Positions 49,498-61,651 of a DNA stretch of 64,000 bases are shown in pieces. The stretch spans positions 100,318,001 through 100,382,000 of the forward strand of contig CM052817.1 in the NCBI GenBank assembly GCA_028534125.1, read 5' to 3'. The translations under genes and the position numbers were made by a program. Source of the DNA: Lama glama (Eukaryota). Under the pieces are notes generated by a model, which searched no databases, was not told the origin of the DNA, and was given only the letters and a program-made list of their open reading frames with translations. Numbering within the stretch: the first letter of the stretch is position 1; each line of letters starts with the position of its first letter.

Positions 49498-50568
49498 ACC
49501 ACAGTTGGGAGAATCGTCTCCGTTGAGCATACATTGTATACATACGAAGGAGAGAGCAAGATGAGGCTGAACACTTGAGGGCAGAGAGGAGAGGCTTTAA
49601 TATATCACGCAACAGACTTGGGGCCTGATTCAGTGGTCCAGGGGGAGATTTGAAAGCTCTGAGGAGAGAGGAGACTCGTGAAAGTTCTGAGAACAGAGGA
49701 GACTCGTCCATCTTGCCTGAAGGAAATAACAGATGACTGTGTGAAGGCTGGGGAAGAGGGAGAGAGATGGAAAATGGGAAGACAAGGAAGGATGCAGCGG
49801 TGCAGAGAGCACAAAAGTGCAAAATCAACGGAACGCAGGCTATGTGACATGGCAGGGAGAAGAGGGGTCGGGGGTCCAAGACGTCTGCGGGAGTGAGCTT
49901 TCCAACAGACTCCCGCAAACACCCCTCCAAAGGACTTGATCATGACCCCAACCCCACAATCGCCACACTTAGAGTGGGTTCTCCCACGGGATCCTCTAAG
50001 TCAAGAGGGATGAGCGGTCCCTGGAGACACAGAGATGGTCTACGTTGGAGACCGCAGGTGACAGCTGTGTCCAGAGCTTGGCTGTTGCCACGTGTCCGCC
50101 GGCCTGGCCTCATTTCTGCTCTGTCCTTGTCCTAGTTCACCGGATTGACCCAGCCTTCTTTCCTTCCCAGGGGCTCCAAAGCTCAGCTGTGCCTTGGATT
50201 GCTTGGCTGAGAGAGTGCACAGAAACCCCTTCCCTCCAGCACAATTTTGAACTTCAGTACAGGAGACGTTTTACAGTCTCCTCGTGCCTTCCTGTCTCCA
50301 ACACTGCTCTGCTGGGCTGAATAAATATTGACTTGCCCACAAAACCTGAGGCATTTTATTTATACTTCCTTCTGCTCTGAGAGCTGTGCTAGAGCCCAGC
50401 TTCAGACAGCACAGTGTGTGTATGGGGGTGGGGGGTACCAGGGCCACCACTGTTAGGACAGGGACTGCCTTTTCTGGGGTGCAGAAAGCAGCAGCCACCC
50501 CAGAAAAGGGTGAGGGATGAGCAGGCACTGATGGGGTGGCTGTGACTGTGGTTTAGAAATGGTTATTT

Positions 50569-51094
50569 TGTATCAGTGGGAATGACTTTGGTTGCAACAG
50601 CAGAAAGCCCAGCGAATACCAGCAGCATAAGCAAACAAAACACTTAGTCATTCCCACGCAAAAGGAGAATCCGGGACTGTGGAGTGCCCCAGGGAATCTC
50701 TCTAATTCTTGGCTTTGCTGCCCTTAGCTGTTGGCTTTTCATTCTTAATAGTGTCTCCTCCTGGTCCCAAAATAGCTGCTGGAGCTCCAAGCTGAAACGG
50801 ACAGGGTGGGGTGGTAACTTGCCCCTCACGGAAGGGAAGCCCCCTTAGATTTCCCTTTCTGTCTCATTTCTTTCTGTCTTTCTGTGTCATTGGCTAGAAC
50901 CAAGTCACATGCTCAATCATCGGCAAAGGGGAGAGAGACAACCATGGTTGGCTTAGACCAATCATGATTCATTCCCTGGGCTTGGGGAGTGAGTCTACTT
51001 TGCCCAGAACCAAGAGACCTGACCTAAATCCTAGGACTCATCGACAGGAAAGAAGCAAGGAGATGACTGTAGGTAGCACTGTGTAGGGTGCCAC
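50569..51094 (-). mobile_element. Old MaLR LTR (MLT1J/K-like)
   Basis: tgtatcag...ctttggttgcaacagcagaaa...cattggctagaaccaagtcacatg...ggcttagaccaatcatgattca. Confidence 0.65.
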
Positions 51095-51384
51095 CAGCTG
51101 CCCTCAGAAGAGGCATGTCCAGGCAAAGAGAAAGTTGCAGACTGTCATCATTTTTTTCAGCAGAGTACCCATTCCCTGGAGAGTGACCACCTGGACGCAG
51201 TCTTCCTTCTCTGTCATGAAGGGTGAGCCAGGTCTTCTCAGGGGGCTCGGTGGTCAGAGGTTACTCACCCCTCCCCCTACGGACCTGCAGCCAGGCATCA
51301 TCGGCAGGTGGACCAGAGGCGTGGAGTCAGTAGGACCAGCATCTGAGCTTGGACTCTGTTACCTTCTCAGCTGAGCGACCACAG

Positions 51385-51960
51385 TGCATATGGCAAGGTC
51401 TGGTCTGGAAACAGGAACATCCCAGTTTTTGACTGGGAGGCTTTCAAATGAAGAATTGTTAACTAGAAAATGGAAAGAATAGTAAAAGAACAATAAGGCA
51501 TCCTGAAGGTAGCAACGTTAGGAAGAGACTACCCCTCCGGCCTGGGGGAACTGAGAGTCAGAAGTAGGACTAGACATTTGGAGGAGAGTCTCTGCGGAGC
51601 TGGGGCTCCAATCACGGAAAAGGAGGTGCTGCTCCCCTGGCGCTCGAGTCTCAGAAGGAGTGTCCTGAGGCTGCTTCTGCATGCATTGGGAAATGCACAA
51701 ACTGGACTCACGCCGCTGCTATAAGAACAAATAGCAACCACTGAACAGAAGCATCAAGAAAACCCTCAGAAATCCCCCATGAGGCTGCAAGTCTCTTCTT
51801 TTCCGATCCAGCTCCCAGCTCTCTCTCTAGTGCCCCCTATTGGTAGAACCTACCAGAAGCAACTGGCAAAGGCAAAATAAACTTGAGTCCTGCTCCAGCA
51901 TCACAAGGCTCATACCAAGGTGGGGACTGAGCCTAGAGACAATGACTTAGTAACAGACAC
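51385..51960. mobile_element. Old LTR remnant (family uncertain) carrying a CTCF-like motif
   Basis: ctagtgccccctattggtagaacctaccagaagcaactggcaaagg segment resembles old eutherian LTRs. Confidence 0.4.
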
Positions 51961-53949
51961 ATCATAGCAAGTACTTCACATGCCATAAGTTAAGTTCGCA
52001 AAATTTAATGACCTGGGGTGTAGAATGGAGACAGTATTCCCCATCCGAAGATTATTAACTACAAGCTCCGTGAAGAGTGAAGAATACACACTTGTCTGCT
52101 TGCTGACCACTGTTTTTCTAGCTCCTAGAACAGTGCCTGGCCCTTCAAGGGCATCCCAGAATAATGGTAGTAACTGCCATTGTTATACTATTTTGAACAA
52201 ATGCAGATTCTAAATCCTAAGTCTTAAAAACATTATTTTTAGTTTTTAAAAAGTGGGCGGATTTGTTCAAGATTACAAAGTCACCAAATTAAGTGTCAGG
52301 CCAGGAATGGAGCCTGGGGCCTGTCCTGATCCTGATGAAGACATTATATGCCAGTAATGGATTTGTTCTTTAGAACAGTGATGAGACTGAGCCCTGCAGT
52401 CACAAGCCATGATCTCTTTCCGACAAGGATGTTTGCTCATCATTTGCTAAGACGAGTGTCCGGCACTGCCTGTACTTAGGCCGGTGGTGTGTGGCCCTGA
52501 GATCCTCAGAGGGTTCCCCCAGGCTGGGTATGTGGCCTCCATGGTGCCAGGGAAGGGATCTGTGCTCTCTGGCTGACTCCCGGGCACTGATGCTCTCCGT
52601 TGAGCTCAGCCACTGTTGCTCTGCGTCCTTCATGGACACACCTGCCTCCAGGCCAGCATCAACCTACAGAGGGAGCTGGGCCTGGTCCTCTCAGTGTGCA
52701 ATGAGCCAGCCCAGGCCCAGGGGATGCTTCCAGAGTGTCTCAAAGTCTGCTGGACATTTGCTGGGTTGTCTCTGGGTAACTGTCCTATTTGCTCTATGAA
52801 AAGACTTCAGGGGAGGAAAAATGGCTGGATAATCCTGGGATCTCTTCCTAGGGACTGGGGAACAGAATTTGTTCTGGCTCATCTGAAGGAAGTAAAATTC
52901 AAGCTACAGCTCCTCCAACAGCCAGTTCTGGCTGAGGCCGCCCTGGGAGGTCCTCTCCTTTGGGGCTGGTGCGAGCAGGGCTTGGCTAACCCTCTTGGGG
53001 GACCCAGGGGGCCTCACCTGGCAGGAGTCTGCCAGCCCACCTGGCCGCATGCCCCTCCTGGTTTCAGGGGGAAAATTTCCCAGTGAGATCCAGTTCCAAC
53101 TCAGAGTGTTTCTACCAAGGTGAAAAGTCAGGAGCTCTAAAGTTTGTCCTTGTCTCTGTCCAAAATACATATTAGAATGGAAGTAATGGGGAAGGGACCA
53201 AGAGGGAACAGACAGGCAGTGCAGGCGTGCATGAAACCATCTCCGCCACCTTCTTTGCCCTAGAAATAGCCTTTGCGTCCATCTGGTGATGACGTCTTGA
53301 ACATTCCAGGGAATCCCAATACTGGAAAGAGAGAAAGAGACTTACTGTAAAGGCTCAGGAGAAAATGCATCGTCACCAGGGTCCTGGTGTCACCGGGGTC
53401 CATGGCTTCCTGGGCATTCAAGGGAAACAAAGGATTAACCCCATGGAAGGTCCCAAGTAGTCTCCCTTCTGGGCACCATTGCAAAAAGGGGACCCCTGAC
53501 TTGGAGTTCCAGAGTCTGAGGTCAGCCCTCCAGCCCCAAAGCTCGCTGGGGGTACTCCACCTCCTAGGGTCTTCCCCACATCCCTAGGGTTTCTCTCCAG
53601 CATCAGGGAGTTGGGGCCGCTTCTGTTTTTCCCACGCTCCCTGTTTCTTTCCCCAGAGCACAGTGTGGGCTCGTCCTCCCAGCTGTGTGAGCCAAAGTTC
53701 CTGCACGGCCAAGTCTTGACTCGAGGAGACAGACTGAAGGGCTTCTTGGTGGTGGAGCAATGCCGTGAACCTCGACTTTCTGGTTCCCAAATCAGCTCTG
53801 CCCTAAGTGACTGCAAGGTGCCTCAGGTCCTGCTCAAGTGATGGGGTGATGGGAGTGGCGGGGGGCAGCACTCTCCATCCTCTCCCCTCAACCCCCCAAC
53901 TTCAAAACGGCAGTTTCACTTTTTCCTATTATATATACTGCTGTCATGT

Positions 53950-55290
53950 CCATTCACTCATTCAGTAAGTATTTATTGAACTTGTATTGAATGTCAGGCA
54001 CGTTGCTAAGCATCTGGGTAGGATACAGAGGCGAAAGAGACAGACAATGTCCCGGCCCTTATGGAACTTAAATCTCAATTGGAGAAAAAGGAAAGAAACA
54101 AGGAAGTTAACAAACACAGAGTTCTAGGTAGTGGCCCACAGGTCAGGTTCTATAGGAAGTGGACTCCGAGACGGAGATTTGCAGGAGGTCTTGGGGGAGT
54201 GCTCTCGGAAGTGACTTGTGTGAGGCGTGGGGGTGCAGGGTGAGCAGAGAGAGAAGCTGAACTGTGATGCCCTTGCAGCAGAAACCTCACCCGGTCCTTC
54301 GGGTGTGGGGGGCTCTGGAGCTTGGGCCAGTAAGCAGAGTGGGCTCAGCTGAGACCAGGGGACTGAGCAGTTGTACCCCCACGTGAGGAGCCATTGGATA
54401 CAGGCTTCTCCAGAGAGTGGGCGTAAAACGTGGGTGAGGCAGTTTCTTTGGCTGATGCCTGGCAAGTGCCTCAGGTGTGAGCTGTCGGCAGCTGACACTC
54501 CCAGCGGCCAAAGCAACGTGTGCCTCTCGGTCCTGAACGGGGTGCTGGTGGCATCGCACAACATCCACTCCACAGTGCTCACTGAGGTTCCGGAGAGCAG
54601 GAGTGAGGCAGGTGGTGAGGGTAACATCCCTGGGGGGTCACTTGGGCAATGACTTGATTGGCGTGAGGAAGTGAGCTGTCCAAAGTCAAGGGTACCCGTG
54701 ATTCTAAGCAGGGGCCACGGAGAAGGCAAAGCAGAGAACAAGCTTGGCACATTTGAGGAACACCAGTAAGTCCAGTGGGTTTGGAGCCAAAAGAGTGGGG
54801 GTGGAGAGTGGTTCAGTCCTCAAGGGGCCAGAAAACCAGGTGGCGGACCCCAGTAAAGAGTGTGAATTTTCCTCCTAGGATGATGGGGAATGTTGGAGCC
54901 CTGAACAGGGAGAAATCATGATCCAGCAACATGTTTCAACATATGACTTCACAGAAACAGGAGTGGAAGCAGGAAGACCTATTACAAGGCCAAGGCCAAG
55001 GCCAAGGCAGTAATACTTCCAGGTAAGAGGGGTTGGGGCTGGGAGCAAGGTTTCAGGTGTGGGGACCCTGGCTTGGAAGTGATGGGCTTCTCGATCTAGT
55101 TTGTAGGTGGAAGCAGAAGTTTGAGAAGAGAGAACCTGAGACTGATTTTAGGTTTGGGGGCCTGAACAGGAATAGAGGAGCAGGTGTAGAGGAGAGGAGG
55201 ACATCGGTAATTCTATTTAGACATCTCAAGTTTAAGGGGTCTACTGTCACCCAGATAGAGATGCTGGCATGTGGATATACTTATCTGGAG
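53950..55290 (-). mobile_element. L2 remnant interrupted by an ERVL LTR
   Basis: cattcactcattcagtaagtatttattgaac...; L2-like text resumes after ~54600. Confidence 0.6.
54125..54560 (-). mobile_element. Old ERVL LTR (LTR33/LTR16-like)
   Basis: ggtcaggttctataggaagtggactccgagacggagatttgcagg...gagaagctgaactgtgatgc. Confidence 0.5.
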
Positions 55291-55524
55291 CTTGGAGACC
55301 CTGGTGAGACTTTATCTGAAAATAAATTTAGTATTACTGAAATAACACACACACAGACACAGAAGACCACTGCATCATGTTGACCTGTTTACAGTTGAAT
55401 CTTTACATGTTGCGGAAATTCATCAAGAGACCCTGGGGGAAAAGAATGAGAATCTCTGATTTTAAGTTTGAAAGAGGAGCTGCCTGGCTATTTCCAAGAG
55501 GCAGGTCCACAGGGCAAGTTTGGG

Positions 55525-56510
55525 CTTTTTTTTTAACTGAGGTACAGTTGATTTATAATATTATATTAGTTTCAAGTGTACAACAAAGTGATTCAATATT
55601 TTTATAGATTATACTCTATTTAGAGTTATTACAAAATAGTGGCTATATTCCCTGTGCTTTGCAATATATCATGGTAGCTTATTTATTTTGTACATAGTAG
55701 TTTGTACCTCTTAATCTCCTACCCCTATCTTGCCCTCCCTGCTTCCACTAGTTTGTTCTCTATGAGTCTGTTTCTGTATTGTTATATTCATTCATTTGTT
55801 TATTTTTCAGATTCCACATGGAAGTGATAGTATACAGTATTTGTTTTTCTCTGAGTTACTTCACTTAGCACAGTATCAGTCAGGTCCATGCATATTACTG
55901 CTAATGGCAAAGATGCACACTTCTTTATGGCTGAGTAGTATTCCATTGTGTATACATACTACATCTTCTTTATCCGTCTGTCTGTTGATGGACACTTAGG
56001 TGGCTTCCATAGCTTGGCAATTGTAAATAACACTGCTATGAATGTTGGGGTGCATGTATCTTTCCAAAGTAATGTTTTCATTTTCTCCAGATATAAACCC
56101 AGGAGTGGAAGTGCTGGGGCATATGGTAGTTCTATTTTTAGTTTCTTGAGGTGCCTCCCCACTGTTTTCCACAGTGGCTGCACCAATTTACCTCCCATTA
56201 ACAGTGTACTAAGATTTTCTTTTCTCCACATCGTCACCAGCATTTGTTATTTGTGGCCTTTTTGATGATAGCCATTCTGACCAATGTGAGGTGGTATCTC
56301 ACTGTGGCTTTGATTTGCACTTATCTGATGAGTTTTTGCACCCATGCTGTTGATTGCTAAACATAATAGTCTGATCATGGTGCTGAATAAATGTGTCTTT
56401 TAAAAAAATAGTGATATTGAGTATCTTTCCATGTGCCTGTTGGCCATCTGTATGTCTTCTTTGGAAAAATGTCTACTCGGATTTTCTGCTCATTTTTAAT
56501 TGTGTTGTTT
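55525..56510 (-). mobile_element. 5'-truncated L1 (3'UTR + ORF2 C-terminus)
   Basis: ORF 55959-56243(-) LVQPLWKTV..LKKLKIELPYAPALPLLG..DTCTPTFIAVLFTIAKLWKPPKCPS is the L1 ORF2p C-terminal region; T-rich tail at the left end. Confidence 0.92.
56333..56408 (+). pseudogene. HNRNPA1: Tiny processed-pseudogene fragment of the HNRNPA1 3'UTR
   Basis: tttttgcacccatgctgttgattgctaaacataatagtctgatcatggtgctgaataaatgt matches my recall of the HNRNPA1 3'UTR end; aataaa 56386-56391 followed by an A7 remnant; interrupts the L1 in opposite orientation. Confidence 0.75.
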
Positions 56511-57872
56511 GTTTGTTTGTTTTTCAACTGATACAGTTGACTTTGTCAGCAAGCCAAGAGTGGATTTCTCTCATCCAGATGGATTCACATGATCAATTTG
56601 ATCTGGCTCCCAAGAGATGGCTACAACAGAAAATTTCTGTGTTTACCTTGAAAAATGCATTCATCTTATACTTATGTCACCAGTCACACCCATTCTTTCC
56701 CTGCAGGTAGAAACACACACATGGGAAACAACATTCAAATCAAGGGGTTCTTTGTTGAATTGAAATCAGAGAGAAAGAGAATGAATTGAATAATTCAAAC
56801 ATGTAAGTTATTAAAGTATTAAGATAATTCTAAGCAGATTGATAAATAGCTTTTGCCCTGAGGCTCTCATATGCTCCCACTCACAGCCTTTCCCACAACA
56901 GGGACTCCACAGATGCCCCAGCCACTGGAGGATAAGTTCTGGGCATGGTGGGGACCCTAGGTCCCTGTTCCAGCTGTAGCTGAAGCCTTTCTTGTTTGGT
57001 TGATGCTTGTGCCATATGGGTTGTTCATGATATGGACTCTCATCCCTGCTTAGGGGTCCAGTGCTAATGACCTAAAGTCCTTCCCCATTTCCGCTACAGA
57101 GACAAAGCCCAGAGTCTTCTAATGTGTGGAAGCCCCGCCCCCCAACCCCCAGCCTCGTCTGGGCCAAATCTGGAACAAATCTTCATGTGCTAACATCTTT
57201 ACCTCCCTTTTCTCCATGCCTGTGGTGCTCCATGCTATTCTGTCCCTGGGGATGTTCCTACTGTCAATCCAGACCACTCTGGTCTGAAATCCATCCCGTC
57301 CACGTAAGGAGACATGGAATATATCTCCTTTGATCTGGTACTGGCTAGCTTCCTAATTCTTCTCTCAAAGGGAAATTACATTTCCCATTTCCAAGTTCTT
57401 GGGGGATGCCTGACAGCCACCCTCCATAGCCTACCTACCCTGAGGAGTTTAATTTTCATGGACTCCAACAGAGCTCAAGCTGAAAGAGACCTTAATAATC
57501 ATTTACTCCAACCCTCTTGTTTTGTAGACAAGGTAGCTGAGGACCTGAGAAGGAATGGCCGGTTGAATGATTGTTCATAATGAATATAATATTTACTACC
57601 AGCACAAATCACAGAGGAGGTGTTAATAAACTGATCCAAAGCAGAAAGCCACTCACTTACTTTTTTATAGCCGTATCAGCCTGGTGACCTTCCTGAACAA
57701 ACAAGCCGCCCCTGGGGGAGACGCCAGGGAGCAGTCAAAGGCCAGTGCGGCTCCACAGGCAACAGAGAGCCAGGAGTGGAAGTATCAACACCCACCTCAC
57801 AAAGGAAAGGGAAGAACTCAAGAAAGGAGTGGCAGAAGCTTTCGTAAATGTTTAATGAAGGCAGAGTGTATA

Positions 57873-58000
57873 GGGGGAGGGTATAGCTCAGTGGTAGAGT
57901 GTGTGTCTAGCGTGAACGAGGGCCTGGGTTCAATCCCCAGCACCTCCGTTAAAAATAAATAAACAAACCTAATTACCCACCACCACCCCCGGGGAATAAA
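57873..58000 (+). mobile_element. Vic-1 SINE
   Basis: gggggagggtatagctcagtggtagag...gggttcaatccccagcacctcc...aaacctaattacc. Confidence 0.92.
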
Positions 58001-58706
58001 GAAGGAGCATATAGATGTTCTAATGCAGCTCCCTTTTTTTCAAGCAAGGGAGTGATGGGATAGAAGTTTGTATTGTTTTGACCTCCCAGCATCCATTCCC
58101 TCTCTTGACAGCTGCTGATTTTCTCTTGTGGACTCACTCCCTCCAACTTGGAGTGTGAGCCCTGGTCCCTGACTCCCATCCCTGAGGCCAAAGATCTGGT
58201 TTCCTCCTCCTCCGGCCCCGACGCAGCAGTGAACCTGGCAGGGGAGCTGTTCTGCGGGACTCAGCCCACCGTGGCTGCCTCACCCTGATGGGAGTGCTCC
58301 CACCCCAGCACAGTCGCTGGGCCCTGCCTTTCACCCTCCACGGTGCCAGGGTGACTGCCTGGCTCTCCAGCCTTCTCCCATCAGGTCACTGTGCTCTCAA
58401 AAGCATCTCCCTCAATTTCTGTGCTGCTTATGGGAGCCTGAGCTGCTTCTGTGGCTGACAACCAAAGATGCAGTCGCCCAAGTCACTCACCCAGAGGCAG
58501 AGTCACATCCAAGTCTGCCCTGAGTCTCACACGCAGCTCTGCTGTGGGCTGAGTCGTGTCCTCCCAAATCTCTATGTTGAGGTCCTAACCCCTATCATCT
58601 TGGAATGTGTTTTTGGAGACAAGGTCTTTACAGAAATACTGCAGGTAAAACAAGGCCACATGGGTGGGCTCTAATCCGACATGACTGGTGTTTTTATAAG
58701 AGGAGG

Positions 58707-59419
58707 TGTGGACAAAGAATGTCACCTGCCATACCGGTAAACAAGGATGTGGCAGCCATCAAGCCATCAGCCACTGCAGCCACCCCGACTGTGTACCCTG
58801 AGGGGACTCGGGATGGAAGAAAGCAGGAGACTGGCCCTAGCCAGCTAAGTGCGGTTCAAAGAAATGGTTTCAGTGAGTCCAGACTTTTGCATCTTCCCCT
58901 ACACAGAAAAGTACTAAATTCCTTGTCACTACAGGCCGCCACAAGACAGTGAATGTTGTTGCCCGTGCCTCACAGTACAAACCTGTTATTTATCCATTTT
59001 ACATACACCAGTCAGTATCTGCAAATCTCAGACTCCCAATTTATCCCTTCGCACCCATTTTCCCCTCCCTGGTCACCATGAGTTTGTTTTCTCTGTCTGT
59101 GAGTCTGTTTCTGTTTTGTAAATAAGTTCCTTTGTGTCTTTTCTTTTTTAGATTCCATATGTAAGTGATATCATGTGGTATTTTTCTTTTTCTATTCTGG
59201 CTTATTTCACTTAGAATGACAGTAATCTTTTGATGTTCAGACTACCTGGTCTTTGTTGCAAAAACTCCTATGTGTTCTGGCTCCTCCCCTGCCTCTTTGG
59301 AGCAGTCCCTCCGAGCCGTCTGAGAGGCTGCCTCCCGGACTTAAGTCCTCAGCAAACCCGCCAAGTAAAACAGAAGTCTCAGTTTTTAGGTTGTGCTTTT
59401 TTTTTTTTTTCAGTCGATA
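58707..59419 (+). mobile_element. ERV1-like solo LTR (MER41-like 3' part) containing an L1 fragment
   Basis: tgtggaca...cagtcgata termini; 4-bp TSD gagg at 58703-58706 and 59420-59423. Confidence 0.75.
58925..59221 (-). mobile_element. L1 3'UTR fragment without poly(A) tail
   Basis: gtttgttttctctgtctgtgagtctgtttctgttttgtaaataagttc...ttagattccatatgtaagtgatatca...ttcacttagaatgac. Confidence 0.85.
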
Positions 59420-60464
59420 GAGGAGATTAGGACAGAGTCACAAACAGGAGGGAAGGAATGAGGAGGCAGCCACCCACAGCCAAGGAGAGAGGCTTCAGAA
59501 GAAACCAACCCTGCCAGCACCTTGATCTTAAACTGCTGGCCTCCAGAACAGTGAGAAAATAAACCTCTCTTGTTCAAGGCCCCCAGCCTGCGGTGCTTTG
59601 TCACGGGCGGCCCGGGCGGACGGAGACAGGACTTTCCGCTGCCATGGTGCCACTGTTTTTTGGATATCATGCCAGCTTCATCATACCAGTTAGTCCTGAA
59701 GGAGCTCAAATTAGCAGGCTGTTCTTAGAATGAAATTTCCTGGACAGGCTTCAAAAAAAAAAAAAAAACTCCCTGGTGATACAGACACTGAGAGCCATTA
59801 AAAAAAATAGCCAGCCCAAGGCGTCAGAGTGGGTCCTCCTTCATTTCCCCAGTGATGGACAGCGCCCAGGTGAGCAGGCTAGATGGCTCCTTGGAGAAAA
59901 CCGTATCGTTTCATAAGAAATAAGTGAGAATTGCAGGCCCCAGCTGACAGGGGATTTTCTCTCCCAGCATCTGCATGGAGGGGGCGAAGCGGGCAGAGAC
60001 TTAACTCTGGTATTGGATTGGAAAGGGGAGGCGGAAGATCTGGAAGAAAGGCCCCCTTTCTCCCTCCCACATTCCTCTCCTCCAACACACTGTAAGCAAA
60101 TCATCACCGACCTGCTCCCCTGCGGCAGGCAAATCCTTGCAGAGGTCTCTCAGGGAAAAGAGTCCTGAGGTTACCTCCGGAGGCTCAGAGGGACGTGCTT
60201 CGGGCTGAGGGAATGGGAGGCCAAAGGGCTGGATATTAATGGCGGCTATCATCACCAGCTCTTAGCATAATGGAAGAGCCCTTCGCAGGGCAAGGCTGGG
60301 GCCGCCTCCCACGGCAATGCAATCTCCCGGAACACAGAGTGGGCGGTGACAAGCAGTTTATCTTCGGTTACTCCGAGGCCTTAAATCATTATCAACCCAA
60401 AGCCAGCCAGGAGGCCAACCACTGACTCCCAGCAAATGCAGATATGCACAACGTGAAGGCTGTG

Positions 60465-60918
60465 TGTTATGTGGTGACTGAGATCCCCTTTTCCCCAAAA
60501 GCTATGTTGGAGTCCTAACTCTTGGTACTTCAGAATGTGAGCTTGTTTGGACAGAGGGTTTTTACAGAGGTGATCAAGTTAAAATGAGGTCTTTAGCATA
60601 GACCCTAATCCAATATGACTGGTGTCCTCATGCAAAGGGGAAATTTGTACACAGAGACACACAGACACACAGACGGAGAATGCCACGTGAGGATGAAGGC
60701 AGAGGTGGCAGTGATGCTTCCACAGCTAAGACTGCCAGAGATTCCCAGCAAACACCAGAAGCTAGGGGATGGCGTAGGACAGATTCCCCCTCACAGACTG
60801 CAGAAGGAATCAACCCTGGTGACATCGTGATCTCAGACTTCTAGGCTCCAGACCTGTGGAAGTCTGTCAAGACTTCCAGTTTGTGGTACTTGCTATGGCA
60901 GCCCTAGCAAACTAATAC
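60465..60918 (+). mobile_element. MLT1C/B-like MaLR LTR
   Basis: ccctaatccaatatgactggtgtcct...gccacgtgaggatgaaggcagag...ggcagccctagcaaactaatac. Confidence 0.85.
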
Positions 60919-61191
60919 CCTTGGGAAAACCCTAATCCACTGGGGGAAGAGAAAGTGGTCCTGTCTCATCATAAACAATTAACCATGCTAATGGATCGAC
61001 AATAGGGAGGCTGAGCCCTTCCTTCCATCATGGCTTTGCCTGGGTAACATTTACTCAACAAACGGAGGCCCAAATAATTACTTTTTCAAGGAGTGTTTCC
61101 TCTTTTGAAGAGCACCTTCCAGCTGAATCAGGGTGATTGGTGGTGGCAGGAAGTAAGGAGGCTGCTTTCTAAATGGCCATGGCCTTCCTGG

Positions 61192-61332
61192 TCCGGTTGC
61201 CCAATTTAGCAAATAAGAATCCAGGATGCTCAGTCCAATTTGAGTTTCAGATGAATGACAGATTTTTTTTTCAGTGTAAGTACAACCCAAATATTTGGGA
61301 TAAAATACCCCTATGTTTTCTTGGCAGCCCTA
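61192..61332. mobile_element. MER53-like hAT MITE (internally deleted)
   Basis: ggttgcccaatttagcaaataagaatccaggatgctcagtccaatttgagtttcagatga...ggcagcccta. Confidence 0.75.
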
Positions 61333-61651
61333 CCCCGGTCCCCCCTTGTTCATCCTCTGTGTCTATCCTCCCCTCATCCCTAGGGGAGGAGGGTGGCCCT
61401 TCATTCAGCACATCACTGAGTCAAGGTGAAGGAGGTGAGATGAAGTGTCAGCAAGAGGCACATTGGTGTGTCTCCTGGATGCTTCCCAGCTGAGGGATGT
61501 TCCCTGCCTCTGACTGTGGGGAAGGTTAAGGCCCTACCCCCATGAGGAGCCAACAGCCAGGCCAACAAGGACAGCCTCCATGGGGCTCTGGCCTGGGGGT
61601 GAGCAGAGGGCCAGGAAAGAAAAAAGAGGACCAGGCCACAAAGAAGGGGGC

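Larger units (their letters stand above)
58540..59628 (+). mobile_element. MLT1B-like MaLR LTR split by an ERV LTR
   Basis: tgctgtgggctgagtcgtgtcctcccaaa...ctaatccgacatgactggtg / gaggagattaggaca...ggcctccagaacagtgagaaaataaa. Confidence 0.8.

Noticed and set aside
49205..49930. Longest ORF (241 aa, minus strand)
   Set aside because: Runs antisense through a Vic-1 SINE (EVLGIEPRTLCMLSTHSTTELY recurs in other SINE-overlapping ORFs); no recognisable domain
54124..54750. 208-aa ORF
   Set aside because: Lies across decayed LTR/L2 sequence; no protein similarity that I recognise
7979..58000. tRNA-Ala genes at the SINE heads
   Set aside because: Dispersed, mutated copies with A-rich tails and TSDs and no Pol III terminators: SINEs, not tRNA genes
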